IMG/VR virus record: IMGVR_UViG_3300008107_000208
Coordinates: 1 to 64,000 of that record
Strand: one strand, 5' to 3'
DNA from: an uncultured virus (IMG/VR IMGVR_UViG_3300008107_000208)
Taxonomy: Duplodnaviria > Heunggongvirae > Uroviricota > Caudoviricetes
DNA length: 64,000 nucleotides
This document shows, piece by piece, positions 19,600 through 27,588 of this stretch. The first letter of the stretch is position 1. Each line of letters begins with the position of its first letter. A model generated the notes under the pieces. That model was given only the letters and a program-made list of their open reading frames with translations. It was not told where the DNA came from and searched no databases. Made by a program: the position numbers and the translations under genes.

Positions 19600-20832
19600 A
19601 TGGATTATAAGTTCAGCATTATTTCGCCATCCCACAAGAACACTCCCTACCTTCAAGAACTCTACGAAAGTCTGTGTGCTCAGACTTATGAGAACTGGGA
19701 GTGGATTTTGTGGTTGAATGGTAAGTTTAACCGTAGCAAACTCTCTCCAGAAATTGAGAATGATGGGAGGGTAAAGATCTACGAGTGTAATGAAAATAAT
19801 CCTAACGTTGGGTTTCACAAGAGCAAGGCATTCCATCTTGGTTCTGGTGATGTCCTTGTGGAAGTTGACCATGATGATATGATCACACCAGACTGTCTGG
19901 AAGAACTTAACAAGGCATACCAAGACGAGAGTGTTGGTTTTGTGTACAGTGATGTTGCTGTGTATGATGATAACTTTGTTCCTTATAATGAGCAGCATGG
20001 TTGGTCTTACTACTTCTACAATTTTCGTGGTAAAGACCGTTATGTGATGAACTCTTGGCGTCCAACTAGTCAGGCATTATCATTCATCTGGTATTCTCCT
20101 GACCATGTTAGATCTTGGAGAAGGAGTGTTTATCAATCAATCGGTGGGCATAATGTTCAATTAAGTATATGTGATGACCACGAGTTGATGATAAGAACCT
20201 ATCTGAATACGAAGATGTATCATATTCAAAAACCTCTTTACATCTATAGGGTTTATGGTGACAATACTTACCTAGAAAGAAATGCTCAAATTCAAACTAA
20301 GACCGTAGACCTTTATTATGAGTATGGATATCAACTTGCAGAGAAAGATGCAGAAGACCGTGGACTTCTGAAAGTTGATATTGGTGGTGGACTTTATCCT
20401 CGTCCTGGTTATGTAACCATTGACCAGGAGGGTGCTGATATTACTTGTGACCTGAATGATGGCATCCCACTTCCTGATAATAGTGTTGGTGTTTTGAATG
20501 CAAGTCATGTTCTAGAGCACCTGAGAGACCCTGTTAAGTCAATGAGAGAAATTCATCGGGTCCTTGCACACGGTGGTTGGGCAATGATTGAGGTTCCTTC
20601 TACTGATGGTAGGGGTGCATTCCAAGACCCAACTCACGTTAGCTTCTGGAATGAACATAGTTTCTGGTATTATACCAACAAACAGCTAGCAAACTTCATT
20701 AGAAACTATGATATTCGCTTTCAAACGTATCGGTTAAATACTTGGGAAATGGCACCACATATTCCTGTTGTCACTGCTTGGTTGACAGCAATTAAGGATG
20801 AAGAACGTTTCCCTGGAATTCTTGCAATTTAA
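19600..20832 (+). CDS. GT2 glycosyltransferase fused to class I methyltransferase
   Basis: FSIISP..DHDD..DD.EL; DIGGG...SHVLEH..EIHRVL..GG. Confidence 0.85.
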   Translation: MDYKFSIISPSHKNTPYLQELYESLCAQTYENWEWILWLNGKFNRSKLSPEIENDGRVKIYECNENNPNVGFHKSKAFHLGSGDVLVEVDHDDMITPDCLEELNKAYQDESVGFVYSDVAVYDDNFVPYNEQHGWSYYFYNFRGKDRYVMNSWRPTSQALSFIWYSPDHVRSWRRSVYQSIGGHNVQLSICDDHELMIRTYLNTKMYHIQKPLYIYRVYGDNTYLERNAQIQTKTVDLYYEYGYQLAEKDAEDRGLLKVDIGGGLYPRPGYVTIDQEGADITCDLNDGIPLPDNSVGVLNASHVLEHLRDPVKSMREIHRVLAHGGWAMIEVPSTDGRGAFQDPTHVSFWNEHSFWYYTNKQLANFIRNYDIRFQTYRLNTWEMAPHIPVVTAWLTAIKDEERFPGILAI

Positions 20833-20837
20833 TTTTT

Positions 20838-21863
20838 ATGGCACTTGCATATGTAATCGGCGCAGGAACAGCAGGTTCAACTGCCGCTAGAATTTTAAAA
20901 GATAATGGGTGGGATGTAGAAGTATTTGAAACTAGATCTTATATTTCTGGTAATTGCTACGACTATATTGATGAAAAGACCCGTTGTATTGTCCATGCAC
21001 ATGGTCCACACGCAATTCATACTAATAGTGAGAAAGTCTGGAACTGGTTGCATCAGTTTTCGGAGTTTAATGATTTCTCAGTCAAGGTCTGGGCAAATAC
21101 TAAACTGGGTAAAATCCCCATTCCTTATAATGATACGTCTGATAGAATTATTGGACGACGACTTTCTGATGAAGAAATTATTGATTTAGTCTTCAGGGAT
21201 TATTCTGAAAAGATGTGGAATACTCCCTTTGAGGAACTTCCTCAGAGTATTCTTGCACGACTAGCAGTAAGAAATCCTGGTGAAGAAACTTACTTTGTGA
21301 ATAACAAGTATCAGGGTCTTCCTAAGTATGGATTTGTTCGGATGTTTGAAAACATTCTGGATGGTATCCCCGTTCATTTGGATACACCCAGAGATGAGTG
21401 GAGAAAACTGAAAGACAAGTGTGACCTGTTGGTTTATACTGGTAAGGTTGATAATTACTTTGATTATCAGTTTGGCGAATTAACTTATCGCTCTTTGAAT
21501 TTTGAACACGTCTATTGCCCTAAAACTCTTTATATTCAACTGAATGAATGTAATAAAGAGAATGGATGGAACCGTGCAATTGACCATTCCTACTGGTATA
21601 AACAGGATGTAGAAACAACAATTGTCACAAGAGAGTATCCTGTTCCTCACGTTGATGGTGTGAACAATCCATATTATCCAATGATATTTGGTGAGTATCT
21701 CAGTCAGTTCAGACTGTATGAACCTCTGATGCAGGCAGAAAAGAACACAGTATTCACTGGAAGAACTGCTACTTATGAATATCTGACGATTGATGAAACC
21801 ATCATCAAGACTGCTAAAAAACTGAAGAAACTTGGACTATCTGATTCTATTTTAACGCCATGA
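20838..21863 (+). CDS. glf: UDP-galactopyranose mutase
   Basis: GAG.AG FAD motif, GNCYD, HGPH..HT, YQGLP..G, L.YRSL, PYYP, GR.A.Y.Y. Confidence 0.92.
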   Translation: MALAYVIGAGTAGSTAARILKDNGWDVEVFETRSYISGNCYDYIDEKTRCIVHAHGPHAIHTNSEKVWNWLHQFSEFNDFSVKVWANTKLGKIPIPYNDTSDRIIGRRLSDEEIIDLVFRDYSEKMWNTPFEELPQSILARLAVRNPGEETYFVNNKYQGLPKYGFVRMFENILDGIPVHLDTPRDEWRKLKDKCDLLVYTGKVDNYFDYQFGELTYRSLNFEHVYCPKTLYIQLNECNKENGWNRAIDHSYWYKQDVETTIVTREYPVPHVDGVNNPYYPMIFGEYLSQFRLYEPLMQAEKNTVFTGRTATYEYLTIDETIIKTAKKLKKLGLSDSILTP

Positions 21864-22975
21864 AGAAAACTAAACTATGTCTCAATGTAATGCTTGGAAA
21901 TGAGGAGCACGTCGTTGAGAGAATGCTTAATTCTTGTTATAAGCACATTGACTATTGGATTATCCAGTGTAATGGTAACGACCGCACTCAACAGATGGTT
22001 GAAGACTTTTTTCAACAAAAAGGTATTCCTGGATTTACCTACAATGTAGAATGGCACTATCCTGGTTGGAATAGTGATGACTTGGTTCAGAAATGTACAG
22101 AGACTGACCACGGTTGTGACTGGTTATTCAGAATTGATGCTGATGAACAACTACACGTTGATGATGACTTTGATTGGAGTGTTTTAGAAGATACTTCAAT
22201 TGATGCCTGGGATGTTACGGCACAGTCTGATAATTGTATTTGGTATCGTTGCCGTCTATGGAATACAAAAATTCCCTGGAGGTTTAGGCACGACAAGAGG
22301 CACGAGTGTATTCTGAAACCTGGATGTGTTCCAACGGGAGAAGAGTTTCCAAGAATAAGTCTGGCAAGAGGATTTAGACACATCATTATTAACGATGGTC
22401 GGACTTGGGTAAATCCAACTAAGTTCTTTACTGATGCTGTTGAACTTGAGAACCAACACATTTCCAACAACACAATGCTAGAGGATGTTTATCACTTCTG
22501 GTATATTGCTAAAAGTTATAATGATGCTGCTTATGGTACTTATCCTTTAGGTGAAACGCATAATCAGGAGATGGCACGTCGTGCTTTATTTTATTATGAA
22601 GAGTATCTGAATTATCGATTTAATTATCATCAACTTGGATATGTAACTGGTATTGATGAGATGGCATATTTTACTTTATGTGCTATGGGAGACTTGAATC
22701 GAACTTGCAATAATTTTGAAAAAGCAATTGACTGCTATATTCGTGCAGAAGAATGGTGTCCACCAAGAAATGAACATCTTGTGGGATTATCTGAGTGCTA
22801 CAGAACTTTAGGTGATTATCAGATGATGAAGATGCAGACGGAAAGATTGATTGATCCGAGCAGAGTTAATCCTTTTCCCACATATCACTTCCTTGTCAAT
22901 AGTAACTATTATATAGATACCGGTGATTATGGAAAATCGCTTCATCAAATCGTATGTGAAAACTTATGCAATTGA
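21860..22975 (+). CDS. GT2-like glycosyltransferase with C-terminal TPR-like helices
   Basis: IDADE DxD motif, HE motif, helical repeats. Confidence 0.75.
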   Translation: MKKTKLCLNVMLGNEEHVVERMLNSCYKHIDYWIIQCNGNDRTQQMVEDFFQQKGIPGFTYNVEWHYPGWNSDDLVQKCTETDHGCDWLFRIDADEQLHVDDDFDWSVLEDTSIDAWDVTAQSDNCIWYRCRLWNTKIPWRFRHDKRHECILKPGCVPTGEEFPRISLARGFRHIIINDGRTWVNPTKFFTDAVELENQHISNNTMLEDVYHFWYIAKSYNDAAYGTYPLGETHNQEMARRALFYYEEYLNYRFNYHQLGYVTGIDEMAYFTLCAMGDLNRTCNNFEKAIDCYIRAEEWCPPRNEHLVGLSECYRTLGDYQMMKMQTERLIDPSRVNPFPTYHFLVNSNYYIDTGDYGKSLHQIVCENLCN

Positions 22976-22976
22976 T

Positions 22977-23561
22977 ATGAAATACCTTCCAGTCTCATCA
23001 ATAAATAGACAGTCGCAGAAAACTATATGGGTTGTTGATAATTTTTATGCTAACCCATATGCTGTAAGAGAATTTGCTCTTCAGCAAGAGTTTTCTGAAG
23101 ATTTAAATTATTTCAAAGGAAGTCGTTCAAAAGAACAATACTTCGTTCCTGGAACAAAAGAAGCATTTGAAAAAATCATGGGTATCAAAATCCGTGAATG
23201 GGAGTCTCATGGAATGTGTGGTCGTTTTCAATACTGTACCTCACAAGATGCCCTTGTCTATCATCACGATGGTCAAACCTGGGCTGCTATGATATATCTC
23301 AACCCAGATGCTCCTTATTGTACAGGAACTTCTCTTTACGCTAGTAAGAATGGTGCTAGGAGAACTGGTGACCCCAACTTTACGGATGATGTATTTGCTG
23401 GTGGTTTTTACGATGAAACCAAGTTTGAGTTAGTTGACTCTATTGGTAATGTCTTCAATAGACTATTCATCTTTGACGCTCAAAATATTCACGCAGCATC
23501 AAAATACTTTGGTCAAACCAAAGAAGATTCACGACTCTTTCACATTTTCTTTTTCGACTAA
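22977..23561 (+). CDS. 2OG-Fe(II) oxygenase-like (DUF6445-type) protein
   Basis: VVDNFY, HHD, WAAMIYL, GTS, FNRL..F....HA, RL..FF; ATG 22977 preferred over track start. Confidence 0.75.
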   Translation: MKYLPVSSINRQSQKTIWVVDNFYANPYAVREFALQQEFSEDLNYFKGSRSKEQYFVPGTKEAFEKIMGIKIREWESHGMCGRFQYCTSQDALVYHHDGQTWAAMIYLNPDAPYCTGTSLYASKNGARRTGDPNFTDDVFAGGFYDETKFELVDSIGNVFNRLFIFDAQNIHAASKYFGQTKEDSRLFHIFFFD

Positions 23562-23563
23562 AA

Positions 23564-23806
23564 ATGAATTTTACAGTTTACTCAAAAGAAGGTTGTCCAT
23601 ATTGCGACAAAGTAAAAAAAGTCTTAGAGTTGACAAACACTCAGTTTGTCGTGTATACTCTTAGTGAGGACTTTACTAGAGAAGAATTCTATTCTGAATT
23701 TGGTGAAGGTTCTACCTTCCCTCAGGTTATTTGTGATGATAAAAAGCTAGGAGGTTCCGTTGACACAATCAGATTCCTCAAAGAACAACAAGTCATCAAG
23801 TCATAA
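23564..23806 (+). CDS. Glutaredoxin
   Basis: CPYC, TFPQV, LGG. Confidence 0.92.
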   Translation: MNFTVYSKEGCPYCDKVKKVLELTNTQFVVYTLSEDFTREEFYSEFGEGSTFPQVICDDKKLGGSVDTIRFLKEQQVIKS

Positions 23807-24011
23807 CATAAATAAAAACAAGAGTCACGTAAACCGTGGCGTTGATTTACTGCTTAATGGAGGTAAGAGAAAGCAAACGCAACCATTCCATATCATCTTC
23901 GAAAAGATGGTTTGCTTTCTGAATCGGGAAGTTACCATCTATTTTGAATTTTCCTTTAAGTCAAGGAAAAGAATAGTAGTTTCCCGAGGCAAAAGAAATG
24001 TTAGCAGTTAG
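23760..24011 (+). CDS. Hypothetical protein (start uncertain)
   Basis: ORF track; gene packing. Confidence 0.5.
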   Translation: MTQSDSSKNNKSSSHNINKNKSHVNRGVDLLLNGGKRKQTQPFHIIFEKMVCFLNREVTIYFEFSFKSRKRIVVSRGKRNVSS

Positions 24012-24228
24012 TCTAGTTTTTGGTTCATTCATGACCGTATTGTTTCTTATTGTGGGACTTATAGGTGGTTGGGTAGCAAGAGAATATATGATGAACTATC
24101 GGGAGATTCCAAGACCTCACCCCGAAATGTTCGATAACCAGGGTAACCTGATTCCAGATGAGGTGATTGCATTTAACTTTGAAAACTATCATGACTACGA
24201 AATCAACGACGAAGAAGACGACGAGTAA
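23998..24228 (+). CDS. Small membrane protein
   Basis: N-terminal TM helix, HPEMFD..GN motif, acidic tail. Confidence 0.75.
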   Translation: MLAVSLVFGSFMTVLFLIVGLIGGWVAREYMMNYREIPRPHPEMFDNQGNLIPDEVIAFNFENYHDYEINDEEDDE

Positions 24229-24805
24229 CACTACCAATACAAAACCAAGGACTGTTAAGGTTTCTACCTCACTAGAACTCCCTAATAATCCACTGGTTTT
24301 TGAGGTTCTTGATCTAGTATCGAAACAAAAAACCAAAGCAAAAAAAGTCGAAGTTCTGAAAAAATATGAGGATATGTCTCTTAAGATCATCCTCATTTGG
24401 AACTTTGATGAGAGTGTTGTAAGTGTTCTTCCACCAGGGGAAGTTCCATATTCCTCTTATGATGAACAAACTGTAAACTCTGGTACACTTTCTACCAAAA
24501 TCAGTCAAGAGACACGTAGAATGTATGAGACTGGTTCATTCTCAATGGGAGTGACTGATCAGCAGGCTAGAACTACTATTCGTAAAGAGGCGAAGAACTT
24601 TTATTTCTTTGTGAAAGGTGGTAATGATAGTATGAACAGCATTCGTAGAGAAAGTATGTTTATCAATCTTCTCCAAGGTTTACACCCACTTGAAGCAGAG
24701 ATTATTTGTCTTGTAAAAGATAAAAAACTAACCGACAAATACAATCTTACTCAGGATGATGTTGCTGAAGCATTCCCCGATATTCAGTGGGGCAATCGTT
24801 CTTGA
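24191..24805 (+). CDS. Conserved T4-like phage hypothetical protein
   Basis: LP.GEVPY, RRE.MFI.LL.GLHP.EAE motifs. Confidence 0.8.
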   Translation: MTTKSTTKKTTSNTTNTKPRTVKVSTSLELPNNPLVFEVLDLVSKQKTKAKKVEVLKKYEDMSLKIILIWNFDESVVSVLPPGEVPYSSYDEQTVNSGTLSTKISQETRRMYETGSFSMGVTDQQARTTIRKEAKNFYFFVKGGNDSMNSIRRESMFINLLQGLHPLEAEIICLVKDKKLTDKYNLTQDDVAEAFPDIQWGNRS

Positions 24806-24806
24806 T

Positions 24807-25067
24807 ATGGGAAAGGGTATCAATATTATTCACATAAATTGTGATCCTTCTTTTGCTGACGATAAGAGTCTTCCAAGAGATTCTTATCTAGTATCTTATG
24901 GTGATAATGATGAAGAAAAGTTTGATGTAGTTCAAGGTCTTCGCTCTGATATCTTTGACCACTATTGGGATAAGTATCGTGATGTAAGACGAATGGATTG
25001 GACTCAAGGTACAGTCAATCCAAAGTCATGGGGTTATAATGTGCCTGAAAAGAAAAAGCGAAAGTAG
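24807..25067 (+). CDS. Hypothetical cyanophage protein
   Basis: ORF track; IFD.YWDKY, G.VNPK.W. Confidence 0.75.
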   Translation: MGKGINIIHINCDPSFADDKSLPRDSYLVSYGDNDEEKFDVVQGLRSDIFDHYWDKYRDVRRMDWTQGTVNPKSWGYNVPEKKKRK

Positions 25068-25162
25068 TTTCCAATATCGCTAATAATTTTTCCGGCAAAA
25101 TTTTCTTGCGTGAGGGTTTTCACAAATCTTCACGCTTTTTAGTATAATATAGATACCATTTA

Positions 25163-25176
25163 GTATCTTATGTTAC
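25163..25176. promoter_or_regulatory. Candidate NtcA box
   Basis: GTA-TCTTATGT-TAC is an exact GTA-N8-TAC upstream of a nitrogen-linked cluster. Confidence 0.45.
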
Positions 25177-25232
25177 TGTTTTCACACATATAAGACCTAT
25201 ATAGGATGAATAGGGGTATAATAATCCCCTAA

Positions 25233-25485
25233 CGTTCATCCTATGACTAAAGCACTTTTGCTTTTAGCATGGGTTCCACTTCTTTCTGTTTCAACGCCAC
25301 GACTTATACAGAATCCATATCCTGTGACTATAAGTTGTGACGCAGCGTGGGAACTAATGGACATCGTTAAAAACGACGATGTAGTAGACCAAAGAAGAGA
25401 AGACCGATTGCTATTAGAACTCCGAAAGGATGTTGTTCAAAGGTGCTAAAAACTGAATAGGACGCAAGTAAGCCGACTCGGAACG
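25233..25485 (+). ncRNA. Glutamine riboswitch-like aptamer 1 (glnA/Downstream-peptide family) with ORF in P2 loop
   Basis: CGTTCA-TCCTAT...ATAGGA-CGCAAGTAAGCCGACTC-GGAACG; TATAAT at 25217-25222. Confidence 0.7.
25243..25449 (+). CDS. 68-aa two-Cys protein nested in aptamer 1
   Basis: ORF track; hydrophobic N-terminus; similar to 25498-25653. Confidence 0.65.
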   Translation: MTKALLLLAWVPLLSVSTPRLIQNPYPVTISCDAAWELMDIVKNDDVVDQRREDRLLLELRKDVVQRC

Positions 25486-25488
25486 GAT

Positions 25489-25660
25489 CGTTCATCTATG
25501 GAGCAACTCTTTTTATCTTGCTTACAGGCACAACTTCTCATTAGTAGAGTTAATGCTAGTAACTTCGTCACTGACCATGAAAAAATTGGTCTCATATTAG
25601 AAATTGAACAAGTCACAAAGAAAGGTTGTTTCATAGACGCAAAAGCCGACTGAAGGAACG
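25489..25660 (+). ncRNA. Glutamine riboswitch-like aptamer 2 with ORF in P2 loop
   Basis: CGTTCA-TCTATG...CATAGA-CGCAAAAGCCGACTGAAGGAACG directly upstream of a YRG-motif peptide gene. Confidence 0.78.
25498..25653 (+). CDS. 51-aa two-Cys protein nested in aptamer 2 (MEQLFLSCLQAQLL...KGCFIDAKAD)
   Basis: Hand-translated open frame; stop lies in the aptamer core. Confidence 0.6.
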   Translation: MEQLFLSCLQAQLLISRVNASNFVTDHEKIGLILEIEQVTKKGCFIDAKAD

Positions 25661-25694
25661 GGACTAACCATCTCATTTCTTTAGGAGAAAACCA

Positions 25695-25832
25695 ATGTCG
25701 AAAGTAGTTTATCGTGGTGCTGAATACGATACCGAAAAGCGTATCGCATATCAACAACAGATGATGCAACAACCCCAACAATACAACGAAACCTATCGTG
25801 GTGTTAAGTATGTAAAGGAGGGGCACAAATGA
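25695..25832 (+). CDS. DUF4278-like YRG peptide (45 aa)
   Basis: VVYRGAEY and TYRGVKY motifs; AGGAG RBS; expected gene downstream of glutamine aptamers. Confidence 0.8.
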   Translation: MSKVVYRGAEYDTEKRIAYQQQMMQQPQQYNETYRGVKYVKEGHK

Positions 25833-25927
25833 AGAAACTAAACTTCTTGCAAATCATTAAAGAGCAAAAACAAAAAGAAGAGCGTCGTCATCAAGCCCAA
25901 CTAGCACAATTAGTAGGAGCAAGGTAA
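25829..25927 (+). CDS. 32-aa basic helical peptide (MKKLNFLQIIKEQKQKEERRHQAQLAQLVGAR)
   Basis: AGGAGG RBS; ATGA overlap with upstream stop. Confidence 0.65.
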   Translation: MKKLNFLQIIKEQKQKEERRHQAQLAQLVGAR

Positions 25928-26013
25928 TGGTACAGTTCATGGTATCAACTACTGCTGCGATTGCTTTAACAACCGTATTTTTATCAATGTATGTTCAGTG
26001 GTTGGACAAATAA
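25927..26013 (+). CDS. 28-aa hydrophobic peptide
   Basis: TAATG coupling at both ends; AGGAG RBS. Confidence 0.55.
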   Translation: MVQFMVSTTAAIALTTVFLSMYVQWLDK

Positions 26014-26168
26014 TGGACAACTACAAATATCATTATGATGATATGGATAAGGACAATAGACCTCCTGCTTGCTATCAACTAACATACAGGGGTTGTAATT
26101 ATTGGTCCTGTTATACTATTCATCTAGATGAGTGGTTTGAAAAAATGTTTAAGTTTGAGGGAGATTGA
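26013..26168 (+). CDS. 51-aa peptide with LTYRG motif and three Cys
   Basis: TAATG coupling; CYQLTYRGCNYWSC. Confidence 0.65.
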   Translation: MDNYKYHYDDMDKDNRPPACYQLTYRGCNYWSCYTIHLDEWFEKMFKFEGD

Positions 26169-26184
26169 CTCTCCCTCTTTTTTT
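26157..26184 (+). terminator. Terminator closing the micro-ORF operon
   Basis: GAGGGAGA/TCTCCCTC stem plus T run. Confidence 0.8.
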
Positions 26185-26321
26185 ATGTCTATAAGTTTCT
26201 CTAATAGGCATAAATTTTTGTATCCTAAGTAACATATCTAATATACATATGGTAGAATAATGAGGTCATACAAATGAGCGAAAATTATTTGTTATGATTA
26301 TCCTTGTGCGTGGAGGACATT

Positions 26322-26495
26322 ATGCACAACCTTGTCTCTTACAATCAACTTGCAGAATGGCGACACTTTGAGCAAACAGTTGACCGTTGTAATGATGAAA
26401 TGGAGTTAGTCAATGATTATTTTAACTGTCTAATAGAATGTGATGATGACCAACAAACTTGTAAACGGGTATGTAGAAATATGCTGAGTGAGTAA
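26322..26495 (+). CDS. 57-aa four-Cys protein (CLIEC...CKRVC)
   Basis: GGAGG RBS before ATG 26322; CxxxC...CxxxC. Confidence 0.75.
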   Translation: MHNLVSYNQLAEWRHFEQTVDRCNDEMELVNDYFNCLIECDDDQQTCKRVCRNMLSE

Positions 26496-26501
26496 TAAGA
26501 T

Positions 26502-26539
26502 GGGGAGGTCTTGACGACCTCCCTTTTTTTGTGTAAAAT
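26502..26539 (+). terminator. Terminator overlapping a sigma70-type promoter
   Basis: GGGAGGTC/GACCTCCC-T7; TTGACG(26511)-17 nt-TAAAAT(26534). Confidence 0.7.
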
Positions 26540-26560
26540 GAGTTGAGAGAACCCTATCTT

Positions 26561-26731
26561 ATGGACAAAGAAAAACTTAAACTCATCGTCCGTAATCTTG
26601 AATTACTTGTAGATTCTCTCAAAGCTGAAGTATACTCTGATACTCAGAGTTATCTCAACTATGAGGAAGTAAAAGTAGGTCTACAAGACTACGATGAAAT
26701 TTTTGACGATGATGATGGATATGCAGATTAA
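26561..26731 (+). CDS. Hypothetical cyanophage protein
   Basis: MDKEKLKLIVRNLELLVDSLKAEVYSD. Confidence 0.7.
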   Translation: MDKEKLKLIVRNLELLVDSLKAEVYSDTQSYLNYEEVKVGLQDYDEIFDDDDGYAD

Positions 26732-26895
26732 TGACTAGTAGATCTAAAAAACTTGTAAAGTTGCTTGAGCGTCTCATCAAGCAAGACCATCTCTATACCG
26801 ATGAAAAGATTCGTGAGATGAAAGTGCAACTTCGTGAGTTGAAAGAACAACTCGCAGACTTAGAAAAGAAAACATCAAAAGGATTTGGTAAATGA
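26731..26895 (+). CDS. 54-aa coiled-coil protein ending KGFGK
   Basis: Hand-translated; TAATG and ATGA coupling to neighbours. Confidence 0.7.
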   Translation: MTSRSKKLVKLLERLIKQDHLYTDEKIREMKVQLRELKEQLADLEKKTSKGFGK

Positions 26896-27545
26896 CTGTA
26901 AAACTGGTTAGTGTAACTCCAGACGCCGAAAAGACAATGGCGTATGTAGCAAGAGTCAGTAATCCTGCAAATCAAGACAACGAAAACTATTCCAAGTTGC
27001 TTGCTTATTGCATCAAGCACAACCATTGGTCTGTGTTTGAGCAGAGTTTTATGACTCTTGAGATTGAAACCAATCGTGGTATCGCAGCTCAAATTTTGCG
27101 TCACCGTAGTTTCACATATCAAGAGTTCTCACAACGCTATGCTGATACTTCACTGATTTCAGAGTATATTCCCGTTCCCGATCTTCGTCGTCAGGATACC
27201 AAGAATCGTCAAAACTCTATTGATGATATTGGCGAATATGAAAAACTGACGCTACAAAGTAAGATTCAAGACCATTTTGCGGAGGGTATGCGCCTCTACA
27301 AGGAACTTCTTGCTCACGGAGTAGCAAAAGAGTCTGCTCGCTTTGTGCTTCCTCTGGCGACTCCTACTCGTCTTTATATGGCGGGTAGTTGCAGGTCTTG
27401 GATCACATATATTGCACTCCGAGAAAAAAATGGAACGCAAAAAGAGCATATGGATATTGCTAAAGAATGTAAAAAAATCTTTGCCGAGCAATTTCCTATC
27501 TGTACAGAAGCACTTGGGGGAGTAGAAAATCAATGGGTTCTGTAA
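26892..27545 (+). CDS. thyX: Flavin-dependent thymidylate synthase
   Basis: RHRSFTYQEFSQRY ThyX motif; H.SVFE; E.AR..LP. Confidence 0.97.
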   Translation: MTVKLVSVTPDAEKTMAYVARVSNPANQDNENYSKLLAYCIKHNHWSVFEQSFMTLEIETNRGIAAQILRHRSFTYQEFSQRYADTSLISEYIPVPDLRRQDTKNRQNSIDDIGEYEKLTLQSKIQDHFAEGMRLYKELLAHGVAKESARFVLPLATPTRLYMAGSCRSWITYIALREKNGTQKEHMDIAKECKKIFAEQFPICTEALGGVENQWVL

Positions 27546-27584
27546 TGTATCCATATTATAAATATAAGTAGTTGGATACATTAC
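27542..27584 (+). promoter_or_regulatory. 12-bp inverted repeat enclosing late promoter TATAAATA (27557-27564)
   Basis: GTAATGTATCCA / TGGATACATTAC perfect arms ending 4 nt before ATG 27589. Confidence 0.75.
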
Positions 27585-27588
27585 TACT

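Noticed and set aside
25142..25156. Additional NtcA box GTA...TAC
   Set aside because: Spacer is 9 nt rather than 8
25446..25826. Minus-strand 126-aa ORF
   Set aside because: Antisense to aptamer 2 and RBS-supported plus-strand peptides
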